Shown here: positions 52,450 to 64,000 of the stretch, piece by piece | How the letters are laid out: every line of letters begins with the position of its first letter | Position numbering within the stretch: position 1 is the stretch's first letter | DNA from: Octopus vulgaris | Lineage: Eukaryota | Assembly: GCA_951406725.2 (NCBI GenBank) | Contig: OX597814.1 | Coordinates: 118,296,001-118,360,000, forward strand | Length of the DNA stretch: 64,000 nucleotides | Reading direction: 5' to 3' | Translations under genes and position numbers: made by a program | The notes under the pieces: model-generated | The model's input: only the letters and a program-made list of their open reading frames with translations | Databases searched by the model: none | What the model was told of the DNA's origin: nothing

Positions 52450-52750
52450 AAGACCAACGATGTCAGGGGGAGTGAACAACTCGACCCTATTACTCAACTG
52501 GTATTTATATGACTCAACAGGTATTTATATTACTCAACTAGTATTTATTTTACTCAATTGGTATTTATATTATTCAACTAGTATATATTTTACGCTACTG
52601 GTATTTATTTTACTCAACTGCTATATATTACTCAGCTGGTATTTATTTGACTCAAGTGGTATTTCATTTACACAACTGCTATTTATTTTACTCTGCTGCT
52701 ATTTAAAAATGAAAGGCAGATTTTACCACGACAGAATTTGAACTCAGTTA
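52450..52750 (-). mobile_element. SINE family 2 relic containing a ~20-bp minisatellite
   Basis: About 10 copies of tactcaactggtatttattt between SINE-like flanks (tcgaccc on the left; atgaaaggcag..gaatttgaactcag on the right). Confidence 0.75.
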
Positions 52751-52769
52751 GTAAAGATGGATGAAAGGC

Positions 52770-52771
52770 TA

Positions 52772-52821
<50 letters not shown>

Positions 52822-52822
52822 A

Positions 52823-52855
<33 letters not shown>

Positions 52856-52878
52856 TGCTGCTACTGCTACTGCTGCTG

Positions 52879-52928
<50 letters not shown>

Positions 52929-52962
52929 GCTGCTGTTTTCTACTGCTGCTGCTGTTGTTGTT
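52770..52962. repeat. (CTA)n/(CTG)n trinucleotide tract
   Basis: Seen directly. Confidence 0.95.
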
Positions 52963-53851
52963 AAACAACAAGATAGGTAAGGGTGATTAGGTGATTGTCT
53001 ATGGCTCAGGGGCGGGAGACCCCTGTCCTTGGAAAAAAAAAAACTTTGGTCGTCTTGTTGTCGAGGGCGCTTCGTTGACGCCCGTCACCACTGGGATGTG
53101 GGCCTCGAAGTCGCTGGAAATAGAGATCTCCAGGTCCAAATTCTTGAACGGCTGCTACTGCTGTTGCTGTTGCTGCTTGTAGTAGAGTTCTTATGTAAGA
53201 TTTTGTATTACAATGCTTTTCTAAAGTTGTTCTACTTTATCTTGGATGAAAACAACCAACCGACACAATAATTAACTGTAAAATTCTGCCTTGGCTATTG
53301 ATCATTGGAACAAAAGTGGAAATGTTCTTCAGTCTAGTAAAACGGGAAATCACTACGGGCTTAATTCCAAGGTTTGAGAATTTATTGGTGTTTCAATCAT
53401 TGTTAATAAGCGTATTTTATTTTGTTCAACCACCAATTCGTGAAAATACGTTAAACTATTCGTGCTATATCACTAATTTACAATTGTGGATGAAATACTT
53501 TCCTGATGAAATGATTTAATGAATACACAGCAGGCAACCGCAATAATATTCGCTTCTCAAATTGGCATAGGCGATTTATTGTACTCAAATGGAGATTTCA
53601 GAAAAGATCTCTAGAAATTCATTTGTATTGAGAAGTGTTACGTTTAACATAACACGTGACAATTTAACTAACGAGATAGTTCATGAAATCTATTTTTGAT
53701 TACTTGAAGTTGTTACAGATTCCATATTCAAGTTAGTAAATGAATGAAATAACATATCTGCGATAACAAGGTGCGGCGCTATTAATTGTAAACTAAAATA
53801 ACTACATAAGTAATGTAATATTTTTTAGCAGGAATGCATCCTTTTGAATAA

Positions 53852-53975
53852 ATCACCTTCACCATGATCACCTTCACTGACCAATCCGCCGGGCCTTCAA
53901 TTGGACACCGCTGTTTACAGCACGCTGTCCACTCCTCTCTGGACCGTTCCTTTCTCATCCACGTGGTTCCAATCA
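53852..53975 (-). mobile_element. RTE-like LINE 3' terminal fragment
   Basis: Minus-strand GTTWMRKERSREEWTAC followed by a repeated gtgaaggtgat tail. Confidence 0.55.
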
Positions 53976-54145
53976 CATTTTGAATAAATATCACATAGAA
54001 ATAGAGAATGTTCCCATTACTCGTAGAGGAAGCCCTATATGATATCAAGCATTAATTGATAGCAATAATTTTACCCGCTCACGGATCATGAATATTTACT
54101 ATTAAAAAAAGCGAAATTCTTGTGATGAAGGAAAATATGCGTTGT

Positions 54146-54202
<57 letters not shown>

Positions 54203-54203
<1 letters not shown>

Positions 54204-54382
54204 TTTATCTTTTACTTGTTTCAGTCATCTGACTGCGGCCATGCTGGAGCACCAACCATTTAGTCGAGCAAATCGATCCCAAGACTTATTCGTTGTACGC
54301 CTAGTACTTAATTATTCTATCGGCCTTTTTTGCCGAACCGCTATGTTACGGGGGTGTAAACACACCGGCATACACACACACG

Positions 54383-54415
<33 letters not shown>

Positions 54416-54593
54416 TTATATATATATATACGACGGGCTTCTCTCAGTTTCCGTCTACCAAATCCACTCACAAGGCATTGGTCGGCCCGAGGCTATAATA
54501 GAAGACACCTGCCCAAGGTGCCACGCAGTGGGACTGAACCCAAAACCATGTGGCTGGTAAGCAAGCTACTTACCACACAGCCACTCCTACGCC
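54203..54593 (-). mobile_element. SINE family 1, full length
   Basis: Complete head, body and tail. Confidence 0.95.
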
Positions 54594-55289
54594 ATGGAGA
54601 ATTACAATTAAAAAAATGCGAAATTGTTCTGATCTTCAGTCAATAGTTGATGAAGAAAATATGCGCTGTAACATGTTCTAAGTAAAATTGTATATATGAT
54701 TATAATCCAGGGAGTTAATTTGGAATAGTAGTTTATTTTCCCCTCGCTGCAAAGGGATACGACTAAAACGTAATACCCGAAAGAGAGCACGCAAATTTTC
54801 AATGACTTAAATTACAATTTATGGTATGGGATGAAAATAATTTCAATATTTATGAATATTTCGAACTGTGGTTACTGGTTGATAAAAAAAAATAAGAAAA
54901 TTCGAAAATTCACATCTTTCAGTACGAACATTAATCATATAAAAATTAATTAATTTCAAGATATTGTTGCGAAAATCAAAAGAGAACATCCGAATATAAG
55001 GTAAATAGTTATGGATGTAAAGTGTATGTCAACATCAGTAAAGCGGTTGAACAAAACTTCGAAGTCGATCAGGCATTTTCCACAAACATTTATGAGTAGT
55101 AGAATGTAAACTTAATGGACATTAGCATCTCTTGTATTTCTGTAATAATATTTAACTTAGTTAACACAAATATTAATTACGTCCTAAAAAATACCTGCAG
55201 ACCTCTGTAGTGTAGTATAGTATAGAATATGTATGTTGGATACGTATGTATATACAAGTCTCTCTCCCTCTCTCATTTTCTCTCTCTCG

Positions 55290-55335
<46 letters not shown>

Positions 55336-55343
<8 letters not shown>

Positions 55344-55447
55344 ACCGACCAGACCATCAGATGTTGTTACACATCGCCGGTCACAATGCTTTCGCATAGT
55401 TTTAGCCTTCGAATGACGCCACCCCGCTGGCTAAGCGAGCACGCCAT
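55336..55447 (-). mobile_element. Short retroposon 3' end (RTE-like) inserted in (TA)n
   Basis: GC-rich island of about 110 bp ending ggtcggtcacgtgat on the minus strand, with (TA)n on both sides. Confidence 0.5.
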
Positions 55448-55532
<85 letters not shown>

Positions 55533-56539
55533 ATGTGTGTACATGTGTATGTATATATATATATATATCTATATGTGTATATATCTACACATACATATAT
55601 AGATGCATGAATACAGACATGCATGAAGACAAATATAGATACGTGTGTGCGTGCACGTGTGCGTGTGCGCGTGTGCGTGTATGTGTGTGTGTGTGTAAAA
55701 AGAATTTATTCCACAATTAATATTATCTAGGAAATCTTTAAAATGATATTTGTAAACCTCTTCATATCTTGCATCACGATTATATAAATATATATTTTTT
55801 TAAATTATTTATTTTAGACAGTATTTAACTATAGCAAATTCTCAAATATTTTGACTGCATGAACAAATATTTCTTAGATTTAAATAAACACACACACACA
55901 CATACACAAATACTTACACACAGACACATATACGTACGTGCTTATACAGAGATATATGTGTGAGTTTGCACACATAAAGGATAGATATTTCTTCGTAATA
56001 ACGAGAAAATTTATTCATGCAAGAGTGGTCAATGTATTAGAAAGAAAGGAAATCAAATTTCAGAGTGATAATATATAGATATAAATAGTTCTTAAAAGTA
56101 ATGACAACTTTGAGATATATAGATATTTACAGTGAATGAGAGAGTGTTTTTTTTTTTTCGCTGGTCTCATTTGATTCAAATTCATATAACAGACTTTGTA
56201 AAGCCTGTGTGTATATAAACAAAGAAAGTGAGAAAACAATGCAACTCTTATAGTGTTCACAATAACATCTGCCTATAAAGCAAACTATAAGATTTTATAG
56301 ACTCATTTCTCTTACATTTCTATCTTCCATGTCCACGGGAAAGATATTTGTAATATTTATGTCTATTTTAATACACGCTCCGTGATTTACTGCTGGTGCA
56401 TCAACAGTAAATGTTCCGTTGTTATTCTTAAAATCGCTTTAAAAGAATAATAATATTTTAACATTTACTCACCCACGCACACACATATCAGACACATACA
56501 GATGTTTCCATCGATATTTGAGAACAAATATTTTAAGAA

Positions 56540-56790
56540 CCATAAGTGGCCCAGACTTTCGAACCTATCTTTCTTTTCTTTTTTCAGCTCCAGCCGGGGA
56601 CCTTTGATAGTAACGCAGGCGATGGAAAGTCATGCCTTTAATCGCCTTAGACAACAATCGCAGTCATTCTGAGATTGCAATCTTACTAAATGTCGCCAGA
56701 TCAGAAAGGAGGTCCTGGGCTCTGGGGGTAATGAATGCATTCCTTGATGAAAATAAGGTAAAACATTCTTGAAAGTCAGGCAAGTATGAT
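56540..56790 (+). mobile_element. Tc1/mariner-superfamily transposase N-terminal (HTH) relic
   Basis: TQAMESHA/IALDNNRSHSEIAILLNVARS. Confidence 0.5.
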
Positions 56791-56791
56791 T

Positions 56792-56882
<91 letters not shown>

Positions 56883-56897
56883 ATAGATAGATTGATT

Positions 56898-56968
<71 letters not shown>

Positions 56969-58164
56969 TGATAGATAGATAGATAGATAGAAAGATAGCA
57001 TATGGCTGGTCTTTAGAAAAACGCAAGGAAGGATGAGAGGAATTTAAAACAATGCTATTAGGTAAAAACAAAACGAGTGCAATGAGAAAGAAAGAAAAAG
57101 ACATCCAAATTAAGAATCATGCCGTTTTGACCCGTTCAAACCAAAATTGCTATGATTGGTATAAATTAATTCAAAGGATCAATGTTTGTGAGACGTCCTA
57201 TTTAACCTACAAAGGAAACGGTCTTGTTTCCCAATTCAATATGAGAGATTTGAAAATATTTTTGCATACAATAAAAATCGCCAATTTTGGAATTTGGCAG
57301 AGCAGCAGAACTCTTAGATCTAATAAAGAATATTAGATCTTTATGGTACGCAATTCTTGCAGATATTTCATCCATTAATTTATGACATGGATGTTTGTAC
57401 GATGCTGCGCTTAATATTGTGTGGTATATAGTTGGCCTTCAAGGTCTTAGGTGAAGCTATCATCTTATCACAAGTGGGCGGGAAACTTTTTACCACACAC
57501 CAACGCCTGCGCTGTTACGTTAGCATAAGATCTCTTTAAAAACCACTTACAGATATACAAATGTACATTTACTTTTGGGTATCCTTACTTTAGAGCACTG
57601 CAATGACTACAGTTTTATAAACTTCTGAACCGAGTAGAGTAGACAAGCCTCTGCCTTTCAACAGACAGTTACAACATGAAGTGGGAGTCTGTTGTGACTT
57701 GCAAATAATATTTCTCGTGTTGTGGCAACAGATTTACGGAACTTTTCCAGAGCGACTATTAAAGTGTTTTTTTTTCTTTTTCCATGAAACTATGGTTATC
57801 TGGGAAATATTTACCTTTTCAGTTCAGGAATATTCTGCCTAAGTTAGGCTTAGCATTCAGTTATAAAGTTAGAGCATGAACCTATCAATTTAAATGTGTT
57901 TATTAGTTTTCTTATTCTTACTTATAATCGTGTAAATTAACCTTTCTTTGAAGCAACTGTTAATCTGGACATTGATATATATTGAAACGCAGACTCAGCT
58001 GTGCACCTAGGAAGGTCATACTGTTGTATTACTATCAATGATCCTCATGTACTCTCACTTGAAAATTTAATTTTCCATATCAAACAATGGATTTACGTGA
58101 AATCAATTGTGTTACTAACCGGACTTATTAAACATATTTTATTCAAAATGTATTTCCTTTTTCC

Positions 58165-58570
58165 TTTTCAATCTTTTAAATTGTTTCAGTCATTTGACTC
58201 CGGCCATGCTGGAGCGCCGCATTTAGTCGAGGAAATCGACCCCATGACTTATTCTTTGCAAGCCTAGTACTTATTGTATCGGTATCCTTTACCGAACTGC
58301 TAATCTACGGGAATGTAACCACACCCCACACCAGCATCGATTGTCAAGCGATGTTGGATGGGGACAAACACACACACACACGCACATATATATATATATA
58401 TATATATATATACGACGGGTTTCTTTCAGTTTCCTTCTGCCAAGTCCACTCACAAGGCTTTGGTCGGCTCCAGGTTATAGTAGAAGACACTTGCCCAAGG
58501 TGCCACGCAGTTGGACTGAACCCAGAAACATGTGGTTGGAAAAGCAAGCTACTTACCACACAGCCACGCC
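58165..58570 (-). mobile_element. SINE family 1, full length
   Basis: Tail, (CA)n(TA)n middle and head cttaccacacagccacgcc. Confidence 0.92.
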
Positions 58571-60625
58571 TAATCGTAATAACATTAGTTTTGGGGTTTA
58601 TAAGCTCTTGATTACTCAAAGTTACCGTTCTCTATAATCATTTTAAATTATCATATTAAAACAAATGTTCGGTAAAATGTTGAATTAAAGAGTGAGGGAA
58701 TATTACAATCTCTAAAGTAATAAATAATAAATCCGCTACGTACATGGAAACTAATCCAATGTAAAAAGAGAAAATGCCTGAAACCGAGTATCGACCACAA
58801 CATAGCAATTTATTCATAACCTCGAACGCGCATGTGCTGAAACATGTTAATACAGAGAGTGTTAGCGAGAAGATCCAGAGAAAAAAATATATAGAAGCAA
58901 ATACTTTTAACTCTCAATAGGAAATCTAACTTTTGTTGTTAACGCAGAATTATATATTTCTGTACAATTAATTTACTTTATAGTTCCTGAAAACATTTTT
59001 TGTGAATTTGCTCGAAAATCGATGGTCATTTATAACAGTTAACGCTCAAACATTAGTGTGTGTAACGGAATATTCAGCATAAATTTCTTATAAGCTTCTT
59101 GTATTATAATTCTTCCATTTTTTAACTCATAAAGCACTATTAGCTATCTGAAAAACCAATACTTGTTTTAGAGGTTTGTGTATAAACCATTTATATTTGC
59201 TGTATTCAGCGAGAATATATTGCTGTAGATTTTAAGGTATTCCTTACTGCATAATACGTTGAGTGATGCCACCATTTTTAAAAGGGTTATCTACATAAAT
59301 AAATATTAAGTGTTTTATGTTGTACAGATTAACAGCCATTTTCATTCAAAAAGTAGGTAGAGATGAAATTTAACCGCTGCTTACGTTTCGCTTGTGTTAG
59401 TTATCGCATTGCGGTTTAGTGGAGTCCGTATTATTGGGTGAAGTTTGCAAGAAATTCTAATCTCATTCACGCATTTGGAATTAATTTGCGCTCACGCACG
59501 CACACATACACACACACACGCACACATACACACACACACGCACACATACACACACACACGCACACATACACACACTTTCTCACACACATATATAATTTTT
59601 TATGTATATATACATTTATGTATATTTATACAATTATGTATATATATATATGTTTGTGTGTGTGTGTGATGGTGTAATTTTATGTATGCAAATATTTCAT
59701 ATCTTTATGCATATGTATGCACATATATCTAGGATACTCAACGAGTAAAATATTGCTGGAAAGACGAAAAGGAATAGATATACTGTTGTATAAAAGAATA
59801 CAGAAATAGATCATTGCACATGAACAATCCAAAAGTTGCACGTAGACGGATTGGCGGATCGATATAGTATAAAAGAAAACATCCTGGCATGTGGAGTGAA
59901 GGTTTAGATATCATCGGATGAAAAGCCAATAAATAAAGTGAAAGACGAAAATAGAGAGGGTATAAAACGGGAATGAAAGGAAATCTGTTCGCTTTAGCAA
60001 ACGATATGGAAGTACGGGAGTTAGAAAAGAGAAATCAGAAAAGATAACAATGGAACGGAATAGACTGAAAAGGAACAAATACTGGGAAACTGTGTGACAG
60101 GAGAAGGAGTGGAAGAAAGAGAAATATGTTTCAAAGGTGATATAAAGGGAAGAAAACAATACTAGATTCATGTTATGAATGGAATAGTGTATATATAATC
60201 GTAGAGAAAGCAATTACCAAACATAATTATATACAAATGTATATCTCATTCTTGCCCAAAATAGATTAAATCAACATTGCCGGATTGACAATCAATATAT
60301 AAAACCAAATCATATTGATCATTATTGAAAGGTTAAGTTATCAATTGATTCTTATAAGCCAATTATTCAAACGTTTATTTGGAAGATTTTTATTTTTAAT
60401 ATTGATCCCCTTCTGATTTAGAGAATTGCACATTGAACGCTTTCGAAAATCATTGATACCGAAACAACTTTCATGATCTCAGCTCGACAAGATGAAGATG
60501 AATTTGAGAAAAACATCGTTTAAAAGGAATACAATATTGAACGAAAATATTATAGATGCTTTATGTAGGATCTCATATTTAGAAGTAATATCGGATTGTA
60601 AAAATCAACCATTTGTTAATATACC

Positions 60626-60851
60626 TATTTCTTTACTACCTACAAGGGGCTAAACACAGAGAGGACAAACAAGGACAGACAAACGAATTAAGTCGATTAT
60701 ATCGACCTCAGTACGTAACTGGTACTTATTTAATCGACCCCTAAAGGATGAAAGGCAAAGTCGACCTCGGCGGAATTTGAACTCAGAACGTAACCGCGGA
60801 CGAAATACCGCTAAGCATTTCGTCTGCGGTTACGTTTCTGCCAGCTCGCAG
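60626..60851 (-). mobile_element. SINE family 2 monomer with 8-bp TSD
   Basis: aatatacc at 60618-25 and 60852-59. Confidence 0.92.
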
Positions 60852-60942
60852 AATATACCGTCGGACAGATATTTTGAAAATGTTCTAACTAATTATGATA
60901 CAAATATGCATTCATTCTTATTTATATATGTACGTATGTATA

Positions 60943-61164
60943 CGAGGGGGTCCTGAAAAGATTCTGAGTATTTTCTGGCTTTGAAGATATCGCAAAAAGC
61001 TTGGTTGGACATACTGAGTTTTTTCACAGGGCTTAGAAAAAATGAAGGACAACTGTAATAAATGTGAACTTCAAGGGGGAAAATGATGAATAAAATCATA
61101 ATTATCTGATCTTCCTGTATATAATGTATTCTCAAAACCAAGAACTTTTCAGCACCCCGCTCCG
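60943..61164 (+). mobile_element. Mariner-derived MITE
   Basis: Imperfect TIRs cgagggggtcctgaaaag and cttttcagcacccc..; internal transposase C-terminus FFTGLEKMKDNCNKC. Confidence 0.7.
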
Positions 61165-61249
61165 ATATATACCTGTCTGTGCTTAGGAGTTCCTGAGCGT
61201 GCGTAGGAATATATGTACATCTGTATATGTAGCATGCATGAGTGTGTAA

Positions 61250-61540
61250 ATGCATTAAAATGGACTGGCAAATAATGTCAACTTCCAAGCATACCACTTT
61301 CGAAATCACCAAAAAAAGCAATTTATTGCACCAGTCTGATATTTAGATGTCCTGAACTGTTCAATTGCTTACCTGAATAAATCCGAAATATAAAACAAAT
61401 CTCTACTGAATTATTAAAACAAAAATAATTTGGATAAACGATGATAACCGACCAGACAAACATTTAAGTATACACTCATGGAAAGCCTACAGCCCCAAAA
61501 CTCCAGCAGAGACCTACATCCTGCTTTAAAGTGACAACAA
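61250..61540 (+). mobile_element. Decayed CR1 3' fragment
   Basis: PELFNCLPE*IRNI..LDK..PD. Confidence 0.45.
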
Positions 61541-61627
61541 AACCAATAGAAAATACGTGAAGGCAGTGCTCCAGTATGACTGCATTCTTACCACTGAAGT
61601 CATTAGGAGTATGAAACAAACTGCATA

Positions 61628-62005
61628 TATATATATATATAATATAAAATCCGTTCTGTCTGTCAGTGAGTGTCTTCTAGGATCTCGGGATCCTCCATCC
61701 GATTGCGCTGAAATTCGAAATGTAGATACCGACGGTGTCAGGGCGTGTATAAGTCTAGAAAAAATTACAAAAATCGATTCCATGTGAGAATGCGATCGAT
61801 AAGGCTGCGGGAACGTGCATAACTGTGTGAATAAAACCGTTTTTCTTTGGAATAGAAAAAAATCTATCTTTATTTCTTCTTTTGGTGGTGTCTCAAATCA
61901 GTGTTTCTCAAAGGTGAGGTCTATGGGACGGTCGGACAAGTTGTTTTGAGAAAATTTGGTTTAAATGTTTGACAACTCAGCACCGTCCATTGGACGGGGG
62001 GGGGC
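61628..62005 (+). mobile_element. Helitron-like 5' fragment
   Basis: tatataatataaaatccgttctgtctgtc..ccgattgcgctgaaatt resembles the 5' end at 3371; no 3' CTAG end found. Confidence 0.5.
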
Positions 62006-62062
<57 letters not shown>

Positions 62063-62239
62063 ATATATACCAGAGTATAGCACACAAATGCGAAAATGGT
62101 GGAAAGAATAGTACACTAATACCAGAGATAGAGTAATATGCTTTATTAAAAAGCATAAAAGATATCACAAAAGCTGTTGCTCAGAGTTTCCCGTTCCAGT
62201 TCGTCGGAATGTGAAACTCTGAGTAACGTATTTTGTGAT

Positions 62240-62286
<47 letters not shown>

Positions 62287-62621
62287 TAATTAAGGGTTAA
62301 TTGCAACAAGTTGCTCAAAACCACATACCGAAAAAATTAGAAATAGCAGCCAAATTGGTCACTATTTCTCCTACAAACAAAAGTCTCCACAAACAAACAG
62401 AATTTGTAACCTGTATATGGCAAAAAAAAAGGAAGAAAATAACGAAATCCCAGCCTATGGATTAATTATAGACGAATTGTTTCTGGATTAGAACCGAAGG
62501 CTCATTTCCTTGTCAATATAATATTTCCTATAAATCTAGAAATGCTAGGGGAAAAACCCACCCTTTACACCAGCTCCTTTTTTGCTCTCCTTGTTTCTCT
62601 CCTTGTTTTTTTTTCTGTGTA

Positions 62622-62659
62622 TCTTTCTGTCGAAGAGCGTAGGCTCGAAACGTAAAAGA
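62622..62659 (+). ncRNA. Degenerate minimal type I hammerhead motif in a Penelope-like remnant
   Basis: UCUUU, CUGUCGA, A, GAGC(GUAG)GCUC, GAAAC, GUA, AAAGA. Stems I and II pair, but core A6 is substituted. Confidence 0.55.
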
Positions 62660-62772
62660 CTTTTTCTATTTCTATTCCTGAGCGCTATACTAATACAATT
62701 GTTTGTTTGTACTCCACCTGCCTTCGTCTTTTGTTTATTTTCGTAAACCTTCCCGTTATATATATGTATATA

Positions 62773-62808
<36 letters not shown>

Positions 62809-63054
62809 TGTATGTATGTATGTATGTATGTATATATGAATGTGTGTGTGTGTGTATGTGTTATTGAGAGAAGGAAAGAGATGCAGAAAGTGAGTCATAC
62901 ATATAGATACAGATGTATGTATAAAAAATTATAAATAGAGACACAAAAGAACGATTAACGGAAATCGAGAAATATACATGAAGACAATCCACATATAATT
63001 GCGACAAGAATAAATACAACACCAGTGCATCTAACGTGCAGAATATTTTATTTC

Positions 63055-63340
63055 ATGGTAAAACATTTATGATTGCATTAGCTATTGTCAATATCAATCA
63101 GCTGATGGTCCTTAGGTAATGCACAAGCTTGTACTTAGAAATGATCGTTGCTGGTGTTTGAATGAATGCTTTCCAACAAATATATGCAGACAAATATGAG
63201 ATCGATGTAGATGTTTAGAGGACACTGTCGATGTTGTCAAATGTTCTCATGGTCTTAATTTCTAAGGCCTCATTTGCATACATTTATATTTATAAGCTAC
63301 AGTGTCTACAATTAAATTACAATTAAACTAATTAGCTGTG
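63055..63340 (+). pseudogene. N-terminus of a further LRR/TLR pseudogene
   Basis: Leader-like MVKHL*LH*LLSISIS*WSLGNAQAC; LRRNT-like DRCRCLEDTVDVVKCSHG (63200) followed by ATVSTIKLQLN*L. Confidence 0.5.
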
Positions 63341-63344
63341 TATA

Positions 63345-63579
63345 GGCATAGGAATTGCTGTGTTACAGGCGTAGGAATGGCTGTAAATAGGCGCAGGAAT
63401 GGCTGTAAATAGGCGCAGGAGTGGCTGTGTGGTAAGTAGCTTGCTTACCAACCACATGCTTTCGGGTTCATACCCACTGCATGGCAACTTGGGCAAGTGT
63501 CTTCTACTATAGTTTCGGGCCGACCAACCCTTGTGAGTGGGTGGATTTGGTAGACAGAAACGGAAAGAAGCCCGTCGTA

Positions 63580-63635
<56 letters not shown>

Positions 63636-63810
63636 CATGTATATATGTGTGTGTGTGTGTATGTGTATGTTTGTTGGTCTGTGTGATATCGGTAGAATAA
63701 GTAATTGGCTTACAAAGAATAAGTCCTGGGCTCGATTTGCTCGACTAAAGGCGGTGCTCCAGCATGGCCACATTCAAATGTCTGAAACAAATAAGAGTAA
63801 AAGAGTAACT
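63345..63810 (+). mobile_element. SINE family 1 with reiterated 5' end
   Basis: Four ~22-bp copies of aggcgcagga.tggctgt, the last being the start of the normal head. Confidence 0.92.
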
Positions 63811-64000
63811 GATAGCAATGATCACACTACCTAGATACATAAGCCAGGCGGCTCTGTATAGGTGGGTAGATTATTGTGAAAATGTGAGTAAAATAAATAT
63901 TCAGACGCAGTCAAAGACTAACGTATTTTGGGGTGTGTTCATCCACGCTTGTTCTAGTGAAAGAACATATATGCGCGTGTGTATATATATATATATATAT

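Larger units (their letters stand above)
54950..60900 (+). pseudogene. Decayed Toll-like receptor pseudogene G (two LRR blocks; possibly two adjacent copies)
   Basis: QLILSRKSL, TLRYIDI, FYRLISLTFL, FKTMLLGKNK plus a cap (ORF 57052). Then ILADISSINL, LANNISRVVATDLRNF, LILTYNRV, YIEANTFNSQ*EI*LLLLTQNYI (58888). TM-like AAYVSLVLVIAL (~59375); TIR-like TILNENIIDAL (~60530-60563). Confidence 0.6.

Noticed and set aside
52485-52705. Regular ~20-bp repeats as a possible CRISPR array
   Set aside because: The units are contiguous with no unique spacers, derive from a SINE motif, lie in a eukaryotic context, and have no cas genes nearby.
56570-56790. Candidate host exon (polypyrimidine tract plus CAG, downstream GCAAGT)
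   Set aside because: Its frames contain stops or frameshifts, and the translation fits a transposase HTH relic better.
63410-63490. tRNA-like sequence with A/B-box motifs (also at other SINE heads)
   Set aside because: It continues into a SINE body and forms no proper cloverleaf, so it is not a tRNA gene.

Overview
AT-rich animal genomic DNA dense in microsatellites and transposons. The SINE, Dong/R4, CR1, RTE and Penelope-like repeats most resemble a cephalopod (Octopus-like) genome; this assignment is an inference. I find no intact host protein-coding gene, and most long ORFs in the track are microsatellite artefacts or transposon fragments. Main observation: once the repeats are set aside, most of the remaining 'unique' DNA translates, through many stops and frameshifts, into leucine-rich repeats, cysteine caps (LRRNT/LRRCT), transmembrane-like segments and TIR-like boxes. 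This reads as a compact tandem array of about 9-10 fossil, apparently intronless Toll-like receptor copies: one on the minus strand and head-to-head with the next, the rest on the plus strand. The array is invaded by nested mobile elements: a full-length mariner, a Chapaev-like transposon containing a Helitron, an L1/Tx1-type LINE inside a SINE head, Dong/R4 and CR1 LINEs, piggyBac relics, MITEs and three SINE families. Also present are a U6 pseudogene fused to a SINE, a 28S rRNA fragment, and hammerhead ribozyme motifs. All translations were read by eye, so pseudogene boundaries and copy number are approximate and need a frameshift-aware HMM search.
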